The position numbers and the translations under genes are program-made. Positions 23,480 to 30,851 of a stretch of DNA of 32,000 nt are shown piece by piece. Positions within the stretch are counted from its first letter, which is position 1, and the number at the start of each line of letters is the position of its first letter. This DNA is from Aciduliprofundum boonei T469 (GTDB lineage: Archaea; Thermoplasmatota; Thermoplasmata; Thermoplasmatales; Aciduliprofundaceae), in the NCBI RefSeq assembly GCF_000025665.1, contig NC_013926.1, positions 450,001 to 482,000 on the forward strand, written 5' to 3'. The notes below the pieces were generated by a model. The model was not told the origin of the DNA and did no database searches. It saw only the letters and a program-made list of their open reading frames with translations.

Positions 23480-24453
23480 TTGTCTACCTCCACAATTTCA
23501 TCAAAGGAGAAAGCGCTCCAATCTTTAATTCCCAATGCAATTAATAATTCAATGGGTGAAAGTACAACTTTCTTGAATCGGGAATAATCATCATATGTAA
23601 GCCGAGGACATGCCGTATTAACATACGCATCCACACTGTAATAAAAATTCTCAGGCACAACATTGTCTGTCATTATGAGGTAAGCCTTCCTTCCCTCCTT
23701 CTCCACTATTTTTTTAAGATTCTTAGCCAATTTCCATCTCTTCTGTCCGATTTTAGAGCTTACTATAATACCAAATTTTTGAGCATCTTTTGCCTTGGCT
23801 ATAGCGGCATACCTTCTCCTCAGGAACGACCCCCCATTCACTTTTTTTGCCCTTCCTGTGTAGGGGTCAAGAACAAAAACATCTTTTCCACCAACAATTT
23901 TAGCACCCCATGCGTGAAATTCTCCAGTTCCCAACAAGATGAAGCAATCCACATTATTTTTTATCTCTCTTGCAGCTGAGAAATTGCAGCCAAGAACCTG
24001 TCCAGGATATGTGATGCGAGAATCACCCTTGCCCACGAATACCCTTATATTATGTTCTTCGAGAAAAGCCCTTACATCATTTATTGCTTTTATGTGTTGT
24101 ACAGAGGCAAGTATGCCAACATTTTGACAATCTGCAATTTTTAAGAATGAATTTAAAGCAGTATTAAAGGAGGCCTTTGAGAATGCTTCAACAAAAATAA
24201 TGTTTTCTGGATACTCTATATTTGGAATTTTGCTGTGTCCAAATTGAATGGTGAGGATGTTGGGGTATACTTCTATATCACAAGCCCCGTAACAGGGATT
24301 TGCTGAAATGAATACATTGAAATCCTCAAGATTATCGGCAATTTCCTCCGCATAGATTTGCATGCCCTCTGGTAACTGAATTAAAATATCTTGAAAGCCC
24401 AACTTCTTTATCTTTTTAGATAGGGAATCAAAATCTATCTCGTAGGGAATCAT
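23476..24453 (-). CDS. dph2: 2-(3-amino-3-carboxypropyl)histidine synthase Dph2 (first step of diphthamide biosynthesis)
   Basis: 'ILIQLPEGM', 'YGACD', 'GDSRITYPGQVLGCNFS', 'AKDAQKFGIIVSSKIGQ' and 'ACPRL'. M21 (24453) is preferred over 24513. It aligns with the N-terminus of archaeal Dph2, and a TATA box (24476-24484) is centred 27 nt upstream. Confidence 0.88.
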   Translation of the reverse strand: MIPYEIDFDSLSKKIKKLGFQDILIQLPEGMQIYAEEIADNLEDFNVFISANPCYGACDIEVYPNILTIQFGHSKIPNIEYPENIIFVEAFSKASFNTALNSFLKIADCQNVGILASVQHIKAINDVRAFLEEHNIRVFVGKGDSRITYPGQVLGCNFSAAREIKNNVDCFILLGTGEFHAWGAKIVGGKDVFVLDPYTGRAKKVNGGSFLRRRYAAIAKAKDAQKFGIIVSSKIGQKRWKLAKNLKKIVEKEGRKAYLIMTDNVVPENFYYSVDAYVNTACPRLTYDDYSRFKKVVLSPIELLIALGIKDWSAFSFDEIVEVDK

Positions 24454-24475
24454 CGAATGAAAGAAGGGGTTTGCA

Positions 24476-24484
24476 ATATAAAAA
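24476..24484 (-). promoter_or_regulatory. TATA box for leaderless dph2
   Basis: The plus-strand atataaaaa (minus-strand tttttatat) is centred 27 nt upstream of ATG 24453. Confidence 0.5.
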
Positions 24485-24544
24485 TTTAGCCCACCGTGTG
24501 GTTCCCTCTTCATTGATCAGAGGGTGCATGGCTAGTGGGCACAT

Positions 24545-24955
24545 ATGCATGGAAATAAACTTATAAAATTTATTCCTTCTTGTTTTATGAACGCATCCCT
24601 CTATATCTATCTCTTTCTAATCCTTGCCCTGGTTATTCTGGCTTGGATAGTATATAATATCATATCAAAAATGTATAAAAACAGGGGAATAAAGGAGAGC
24701 ATAAGGGAGATGTTCAAAGCGGAAGATTATGGCGATGCTTTAAAATTTGAGTACAGAGATTACACGGTGCTAGCAACATTTCGCCCGGATATAAAATTAA
24801 GCATATCTCACGATAAGAATGTTGAGGGAATCTCTGCTCCCAAGGGAATGCACCTTACACCTCTTTTTCTAATTTTGAAGATAAAGAAAAAGGATGAAAT
24901 AAAGGAAAAATTGGATCGGGCTATAGATTTTCTTAATTCTATTCCCACTCAATAG
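24545..24955 (+). CDS. Hypothetical single-pass membrane protein
   Basis: One TM helix ('LYIYLFLILALVILAWIVYNII') followed by a charged soluble domain. An alternative start is M15 (24587). The 3' end overlaps guaA-B convergently by 17 nt. No motif was recognised. Confidence 0.45.
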   Translation: MHGNKLIKFIPSCFMNASLYIYLFLILALVILAWIVYNIISKMYKNRGIKESIREMFKAEDYGDALKFEYRDYTVLATFRPDIKLSISHDKNVEGISAPKGMHLTPLFLILKIKKKDEIKEKLDRAIDFLNSIPTQ

Positions 24956-25877
24956 TGGCTGGTGGCTTGTTTGTAATGTCATAAACCACCCTATTCACTC
25001 CTTTGAGCTCTGTGGTTAATCTTATGGCTATTCTATCTAGGAGCTCGTGGGGTGCTTTGAAATAGGCTGCACTCATCCCATCTAAACTATCGACCATCCT
25101 AACGGCTATTGTGTATCCATAAGCCCTCTTATCCCCATGCACGCCCACAGAGCGTATTGGAAGGAGAACTGCAAAATACTGCCAAGGGCGAGAATCAAAA
25201 TCGTAGTAATTCTTAACCTCATCCTCAACTATGGCATTTGCCTCCCTGACAATCTCTATTTTTTCCTCATCTATGGGGCCAATAATTCTAATGGCCAATC
25301 CTGGCCCAGGGAAAGGTTGTCTTTCCTTAATTTCGAGGTTAAAGAACCTAGCAATTTCTCTTACCTCATCCTTGTAAAGCTCACGAAGTGGCTCCACGAG
25401 CTTCAAATTCATCTTTTCAGGTAAACCACCAACATTGTGGTGGGATTTTATCGTGTCTCTCAATCCTCCTCCGCTCTCAATCCAGTCGGGGGCTATTGTA
25501 CCTTGAACTAAGTATTCTGCGCCGAACTCTTCTGCCTCTCTCTCAAAAACCTCAATGAATTTCGCCCCGATTATTTTTCTCTTCTTCTCTGGATCTTCCA
25601 CACCCTTCAATGCTTCTATGAATTCTCTGGAAGCGTCCACAATCTTGTAATTTAGTCCCATACGGGAGAACAGCCCATCGATCTCCTTTGCCTCGTTTTT
25701 TCTCATAAAACCAGTGTCAACGAAGATGGCGAGGAGCTTATCTCCTATTGCTTTGTGCACCAAGACAGCTGCAACTGTACTATCCACGCCGCCAGAGCAT
25801 GCAATTATCGCCTTGCCCCTAATCTCATTTTTCAATTCTTCAATCTTCTCTTCCACGAATTTTTCAACTTTGAACAT
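24939..25877 (-). CDS. guaA: GMP synthase [glutamine-hydrolysing] subunit B (ATP pyrophosphatase subunit of the split archaeal enzyme)
   Basis: PP-loop 'ACSGGVDSTVAA', 'KSHHNVGGLP' and the C-terminal 'PPATIEWE'. M11 (25877) is preferred over 25907. It overlaps purE by 14 nt. Confidence 0.9.
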   Translation of the reverse strand: MFKVEKFVEEKIEELKNEIRGKAIIACSGGVDSTVAAVLVHKAIGDKLLAIFVDTGFMRKNEAKEIDGLFSRMGLNYKIVDASREFIEALKGVEDPEKKRKIIGAKFIEVFEREAEEFGAEYLVQGTIAPDWIESGGGLRDTIKSHHNVGGLPEKMNLKLVEPLRELYKDEVREIARFFNLEIKERQPFPGPGLAIRIIGPIDEEKIEIVREANAIVEDEVKNYYDFDSRPWQYFAVLLPIRSVGVHGDKRAYGYTIAVRMVDSLDGMSAAYFKAPHELLDRIAIRLTTELKGVNRVVYDITNKPPATIEWE

Positions 25878-26340
25878 AGCGGCGGACCTCCTCGTCATCC
25901 TTGGCAACCTTCTCCCTCATTCTTTCCCTATATTCTAAAATTTTTCTCTCCAATCTCTCATCTTTTATTGCGAGAATTTGAATGCACATTAAAGCTCCGT
26001 TAATCACATTGTCCACACCCACTACTGCTACAGGTACGCCCTTTGGCATTTGAACCATGCTTAAGAGGGAATCAAAGGGTACTCTGCCTGAAAGTGGTAC
26101 ACCGATAACGGGTTTGGTGGTTAAAGCGGCAACAGCGCCCGGAAGTGCAGCTGATAGGCCTGCGAAAACTAGGAAAGCATCATGCTTTGAATTTTGTACG
26201 ATATTTTTTACCATCTCTGGAGTTCTGTGAGCCGAAGCGATATGCACATCGAAATCCACATCAAATTGTCTGAATATCTCAAAAGCACCCTGAGCTTTCT
26301 CCAAATCGCTCTTGCTTCCAAGAAGAACGCATACACCCAT
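25864..26340 (-). CDS. purE: N5-carboxyaminoimidazole ribonucleotide mutase / AIR carboxylase catalytic subunit PurE
   Basis: 'LLGSKSD', 'ASAHRTP' and 'GLSAALPGAVAALTTKPVIGVP'. A TATA-like box (26361-26368) lies about 25 nt upstream. Confidence 0.9.
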   Translation of the reverse strand: MGVCVLLGSKSDLEKAQGAFEIFRQFDVDFDVHIASAHRTPEMVKNIVQNSKHDAFLVFAGLSAALPGAVAALTTKPVIGVPLSGRVPFDSLLSMVQMPKGVPVAVVGVDNVINGALMCIQILAIKDERLERKILEYRERMREKVAKDDEEVRRYVQS

Positions 26341-26370
26341 AAAAAGAGATGGAAAAAGAGTATAAAAAAT

Positions 26371-26667
26371 TTAGGTCTTCATTATTATTCCTAGGAACAC
26401 TAGGAACCCTATTATAACCCCAATAAGCCCCCCGCCGATATAGAGCAAACTTGGCATAAGAATATTGTTTGTGAAGTATCCAGGGCTATTCATCCACCAT
26501 ACGAAGTACATGATTATTGGAATTATAATACCCACAACAAGTAGGGATATCCCAGCAGCCCTGCTCTTTCCGCTTCCAAAGTATGCCGTTAGAGCACCCA
26601 GTATGATGAATGTCAGGGCGAGGAGCGAAAGGATGATCTGTAGGAACAGTAGCCAATCCCAGTACAT
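26371..26667 (-). CDS. Hypothetical small membrane protein (3 predicted TM helices)
   Basis: The 98-aa protein is almost entirely hydrophobic and lies 13 nt downstream of the RAM-domain gene. No motif was recognised. Confidence 0.5.
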   Translation of the reverse strand: MYWDWLLFLQIILSLLALTFIILGALTAYFGSGKSRAAGISLLVVGIIIPIIMYFVWWMNSPGYFTNNILMPSLLYIGGGLIGVIIGFLVFLGIIMKT

Positions 26668-26680
26668 AGATTAAACCCCC

Positions 26681-26914
26681 TCAGAACTTAATGCCGGTAA
26701 GTGTCTTTGTATCTATGACTCCATCTATCATCCTTATTTTCTCAACAACTATGGTTCCGAGCTCATTGAAATCCTTAGTGTCAAGCTTGGCTATCAGGTC
26801 AAACTCGCCAAACAGCGGGTGGAGCTCTACAATTTCAGGAATCTTTTTGAGCTCGTTGTAAACCTCATGCTCTTTTCCCGGAGCAGTACTTATCAACACA
26901 AATCCAATTGCCAT
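26681..26914 (-). CDS. Stand-alone Lrp/AsnC-type ligand-binding (RAM) domain protein
   Basis: The 77-aa sequence 'AIGFVLISTAPGKEHEVYNELKKIPEIVELHPLFGEFDLIAKL...VIDTKTL' fits the beta-alpha-beta-beta-alpha-beta RAM pattern. It has no HTH. Confidence 0.7.
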   Translation of the reverse strand: MAIGFVLISTAPGKEHEVYNELKKIPEIVELHPLFGEFDLIAKLDTKDFNELGTIVVEKIRMIDGVIDTKTLTGIKF

Positions 26915-26968
26915 TTTTCATCACCAAATTAGATAATAACTTCTTTACTATAAAATTTTTCTCCCTGT

Positions 26969-27988
26969 TTAGAACCAAGAATCTAAACTTCTCTGCTCTC
27001 TGTACTTCTTGAAAGCTCTCATCTTCTCAATTGCACTCATCACCCTATCTCTTGAGAAGTCGTGCTCCTCGCATAGAAAATCTATCAATTTTTCCTCATC
27101 AAAAGCTCTCCATTCAAGTTTGTAAGAATCTGTTACCGGAGGATTCAGAAATATGTCTTTTATCTCCTTGTAATGGGGTATAGTGTATCCTCTCTCCTGG
27201 ATTATCTTCTCTAATGAGCCGTATTTTTTTATGAGTTTTAATGCAGTTTTTGGGCCCACGCCTTTTATTCCCTCATTGTAATCTGTGCCTACTAAAATTC
27301 CTATATCTACAAGCTGCTCCCTGCTAATCCCCAAATTCTTCAAATTTTCCTCGAGTAATATAATCTCTGGCTTTACATCCACATAAACATTCTTTCTTGG
27401 TAATTTTCTCTTGCCCGTAATGGCGAGATTTCTAACTAAATTTGGGGCGCCAAATAGAAGGGAATCGAAATCCTGAGAAGCAGAGGCATATGTATCTCCT
27501 TTTTTCGCCATATATGCTGCTTGCGCCTCTCCTTCGCTGGGCGCTTGAACCCATGGAATGCCCATATAATCTAACAGCTTTTTGGCTTCATCCACCATAT
27601 CCTTGGTCAAGAATGTGGCCTGCTGTGCCTTGCTCCTCGCTTCTTCCAAATTTCCCTCCTTTAGGGCTTTTTCCCATGCCTCCTTTGCCTCCATTCTTAT
27701 TTTTATCCTCTCCCCTATCGTTCTCATCTTCAATTCTGGAGGTCTTCCATCAAAAACATACACGGGTTTAATTCCTTCAGCAAGAAAATTTGCAGTTCTG
27801 TAAAGAAGACCTGAAAGATGGGAGGTAACTCTGCCAGCATGGTCTCTCAGGGGTGTACCATCCGGTTGCCTTATTATGCTTAAAAATTGGTAAAGTGCAT
27901 TGTAAGCATCTACGGATATAATTTTCCCCTTCAGTTCTTTAATATTTATCTCGTGGGCAATGATTATATCAGCAATATTTACTCCCAT
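26969..27988 (-). CDS. fen: Flap endonuclease 1
   Basis: 'MGVNIADII', 'VDAYNALYQFL', 'PVYVFDGRPPELK', 'APSEGEAQAAYM', 'SQDFDSLLFGAP' and 'GTDYN.GIKGVGPKTALKLI'. M19 (27988) is preferred over 28042, which would overlap radB. Confidence 0.95.
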   Translation of the reverse strand: MGVNIADIIIAHEINIKELKGKIISVDAYNALYQFLSIIRQPDGTPLRDHAGRVTSHLSGLLYRTANFLAEGIKPVYVFDGRPPELKMRTIGERIKIRMEAKEAWEKALKEGNLEEARSKAQQATFLTKDMVDEAKKLLDYMGIPWVQAPSEGEAQAAYMAKKGDTYASASQDFDSLLFGAPNLVRNLAITGKRKLPRKNVYVDVKPEIILLEENLKNLGISREQLVDIGILVGTDYNEGIKGVGPKTALKLIKKYGSLEKIIQERGYTIPHYKEIKDIFLNPPVTDSYKLEWRAFDEEKLIDFLCEEHDFSRDRVMSAIEKMRAFKKYREQRSLDSWF

Positions 27989-28013
27989 CAAATAAGAAAT
28001 CTCTAGCGTGTAT

Positions 28014-28718
28014 TTATTCCTTTTCCTCAGGATACAAACCATCTGAGCCTATGATGAATCTGGCTTTTATTCCCTCCGGTAATGAGCGGTGCTTTATGAG
28101 TAAGGCCTCTCTGTATCCATTTCCTATCTTCCTCAAAAATATTATAGTTTTTGCGTTGTGGTGTAGTGTATGCCCCCCGATGGGCCTCAATTCTTTTGTT
28201 GTTGTATCCATATAAACCTGGTTTGTTATTATAACCGCAATGTTCTTCTTTCTTGCAATGCTATTCAGTATGCTCAATTGCCAAGCTAGGCTGCTTCTCT
28301 TCTTTGCGGATAGGTCCTCTTCAACCCCTCTTTCCGCGCGATAGAATTCTGTCATAGAGTCAACTATTAGCAAAATTATATCATTTCTCTTCTCTACCAG
28401 ATTTATGGCCCTTTCAATTATTTCGGCCTGTTGCGAGAATTTGTAAACCTTGTAAAACAGTATTCTCTTTGCAATATCCTCGTTCCCACCAAGTTGTGAG
28501 AAGCGCTCCATTGATATTCCCTCGGTGTCTATGTAAATCACATAATGCCCCTCCTTGGCAACATTTATGGCTGTAGAGAGACAAATATTCGTTTTTCCAC
28601 TTCCCGCTTCACCATATAATTCTGTGATGCATCCTCTTTCAAAGCCCCCGTTTAAAAGGGAATCTATGCTCTCGCACCCGCTCTTTATTTTGTCCACATA
28701 TGGAAAAGAGAGCCACAA
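28014..28718 (-). CDS. radB: DNA repair and recombination protein RadB
   Basis: 'SIDSLLNGGFERGCITELYGEAGSGKTNICL' (Walker A) and Walker B 'LLIVDS', at a short RadA-paralogue size. The track start is TTG 28718. In-frame GTG 28697 is a plausible true start because a TATA-like ttaataaattt sits about 28 nt upstream of it. Confidence 0.88.
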   Translation of the reverse strand: MWLSFPYVDKIKSGCESIDSLLNGGFERGCITELYGEAGSGKTNICLSTAINVAKEGHYVIYIDTEGISMERFSQLGGNEDIAKRILFYKVYKFSQQAEIIERAINLVEKRNDIILLIVDSMTEFYRAERGVEEDLSAKKRSSLAWQLSILNSIARKKNIAVIITNQVYMDTTTKELRPIGGHTLHHNAKTIIFLRKIGNGYREALLIKHRSLPEGIKARFIIGSDGLYPEEKE

Positions 28719-28817
28719 TTAATAAATTTTTGGAAAAGAAAAAAGGAGGAGTGGGTGGGGTCAGCGTGATTTTATGAATCTGTGTAATTGCTTCTCACGA
28801 TTGTATTTAAATTCTAC

Positions 28818-28841
28818 CTTATCATTATCGCCAATGATAAG
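28818..28841. repeat. Perfect 9-bp inverted repeat with a 6-nt spacer in the radB / membrane-gene intergenic region
   Basis: The sequence is cttatcatt-atcgcc-aatgataag. Confidence 0.8.
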
Positions 28842-28898
28842 ATTTTCAGGAAAATTATTTGCAGTAAAATTAAAATATTTTAAAATTATAAAGAACCA

Positions 28899-29207
28899 AT
28901 GATTAATCTTCTTGCTGAAATGAGCTTTCAATGGATATTTATATTTGCTTTAGCGCAGATTATATCTTTGGTGGTGATAACTTATGAGTTTTTTCATATA
29001 TGGAATGTTCGCTGCAAATTGGATAAAATTAACAGAGATATTTACAGAATTGGATTTTCAATATCACTTCTTATTCTTTCAACCGTGGGCTCTCTTTTCA
29101 TATATTTTGACATTTTCTCCACAGTGAATTCCATTTTAATATGGGGTGCGATAACTATTTTTCTACCTCTTCTCATAGGTGCGGTTCTCTCCGTGTTAAT
29201 TAAGTGA
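28899..29207 (+). CDS. Hypothetical small membrane protein (3-4 TM helices)
   Basis: A 102-aa hydrophobic protein with an A/T-rich TATA-like region at 28871-28893 upstream. Its stop abuts the trm56 stop. Confidence 0.5.
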   Translation: MINLLAEMSFQWIFIFALAQIISLVVITYEFFHIWNVRCKLDKINRDIYRIGFSISLLILSTVGSLFIYFDIFSTVNSILIWGAITIFLPLLIGAVLSVLIK

Positions 29208-29726
29208 TTAATCTTTTTCTAAATTTATTACCTTCTTTCCCCTATCCTGCGGGATAACCTTCATCTTCGCATTCTCAAACTCTCTTCTCAACTCTCTTCC
29301 TTCAAAAAACCTGTCTAGGAAAATTGCCAAGGCGGCAACCTCGCTGTGGGGCTGATTTCCAACGGCCACATTGAAATCTGCAATTTCGTATATTTCTCTA
29401 GGCACCTTCTCTGCGCCAACAATTATCATTAAATTCTCATCTTTTGGAATTTTTGGAATGACATCATCCACAGGCAAGCCGTACATGGTTAAATGAACAA
29501 TTGTGCCTTTAAAATCTTTTAATGCCCTCTTTAGAGGAATTCCGCTCAAAATTTCAAAATTGCCGCCAAATCTATCCACTATATCTCTCACACTTCGCTC
29601 AATTTTCTCATCCTTTGTGGTTATTATGATTCTATCTGCCCCAAAAGCTCTGGCGACTAGTGCAACATGTGTGGTTATTCTCTTATCCCTCTGCGGTCTG
29701 TGTCCTATCCTAAGTACCGTTATCAT
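29208..29726 (-). CDS. trm56: tRNA (cytidine56-2'-O)-methyltransferase aTrm56 (SPOUT)
   Basis: '[27 protein letters not shown]', 'HLTMYG', '[14 protein letters not shown]' and '[21 protein letters not shown]' closely match Pyrococcus aTrm56. Confidence 0.92.
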
Positions 29727-30211
29727 AGGCGATCTATGAAGTCCTCATCCTCTTTAAATTCTTTTATTCCCCTCTTCTTTGGCTCTTTTATTTTTCGTGG
29801 TATTTTGTGCATCTTCTCGGCTGGCTCAATGGCTGCTATGAACAGAAATCCAAAGGCAAAAAATGATGAAATTAAAAGTCCAAGGGATAGGGCTGCAACC
29901 TCTCCCAATAATTCCCAAGAGTTTGGAGGCACGAGATATATGGAATAGCCCCAAATCACGAATGAGAGACCCCACATAATTCCACCAATTAATGTGCTTA
30001 TGCCAGGCTTTGCATTTTTTATCCTTGGCAATTCAAAGAACCAAGCGGTTAGGGCGGTAAAGAGGATGATTAGAAGCATGCAAATTATGAAAAGCATAGA
30101 AGAATTGAATCTGTAGAGTAGGTATGCAAATAACCCAAGGAGAACGAAGGATATGCCGCCAACAAGCCCTATTTTCTCCTCGTCCCATAAATAGAAGTAA
30201 TCAAAAATCAT
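29723..30211 (-). CDS. Hypothetical 4-TM membrane protein with a basic/acidic cytoplasmic tail
   Basis: The 162-aa protein has four hydrophobic helices and the C-terminus '[27 protein letters not shown]'. ATGA overlaps link it to both neighbours. Confidence 0.55.
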
Positions 30212-30729
30212 TTGACAACCTCCACCCTCATCCCCTTTATGTCAATTCTCGTGCTCCTTCTTATCAGGCCCCTGAGCATTATCTGGCTTATGCCCATCTT
30301 CTCCACGAGATCTCCCAAGAAAATATCCTTTGAGGGTCCTATCGCTTTTATTATTTTCTCCTCCCACCCTTTAAACTCCTCATCGCTCATCGTTACTACC
30401 CTTATAACTTCGGCCGCTTCAATTATTGGCAATGATAGATTTATTTGGAAAAGGTCATAGTAAGTGTGATACGCCTTTTTGACTCCCTGCTCTCCCGTAA
30501 CCCACTGCGTCTCTACAAGCTTGATTTTTTCAAGGTATTTTAGGGCATCCACACCCTCTTCTCCATACTTCTCCTCTATCTCTTCAACTGTGCACCATTT
30601 CTTGGTGATCTCCATAAATACCTTCTTTTTGACTTCTGAATCGCAAGCGTGAAAAACAGAGACAAGGTCTCCGATATCCGCAATTACCTTAATTCTGCTG
30701 GCTGGCATATGAAGGATATTGTTTTCCAT
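30208..30729 (-). CDS. Hypothetical protein, probably a winged-helix (ArsR-like) DNA-binding protein
   Basis: 'SEVKKKVFMEITKKWCTVEEIEEKYGEEGVDALKYLEKIKLVETQW' looks like a wHTH, and a second HTH-like segment 'LGDLVEKMGISQIMLRGLIRR' lies near the C-terminus. The likely true start is M8 (30708), since atatatat at 30733-30740 is centred about 28 nt upstream of it. Confidence 0.45.
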   Translation of the reverse strand: MENNILHMPASRIKVIADIGDLVSVFHACDSEVKKKVFMEITKKWCTVEEIEEKYGEEGVDALKYLEKIKLVETQWVTGEQGVKKAYHTYYDLFQINLSLPIIEAAEVIRVVTMSDEEFKGWEEKIIKAIGPSKDIFLGDLVEKMGISQIMLRGLIRRSTRIDIKGMRVEVVK

Positions 30730-30820
30730 AAATATATATTTTTTGGGGTGTGTTATTCTTGATTATTTATTACATAATCCATTTTAGTTTATTCAGTTAT
30801 GGGTCATTTTTGGGTAGTAA

Positions 30821-30830
30821 ATTTAAATAA
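30821..30830 (+). promoter_or_regulatory. TATA box for the disulfide oxidoreductase gene
   Basis: The sequence atttaaataa is centred about 26.5 nt upstream of ATG 30852. Confidence 0.5.
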
Positions 30831-30851
30831 TAAAAATTGCATTTAAAGCTT

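Noticed and set aside
28774-28902. A 42-codon ORF (MNLCNCFSRLYLNS...) in the radB upstream intergenic region.
   Set aside because: It has no recognisable motif and low complexity, and it spans the palindrome and the promoter A/T tracts of the 28899 gene. It is most likely non-coding.
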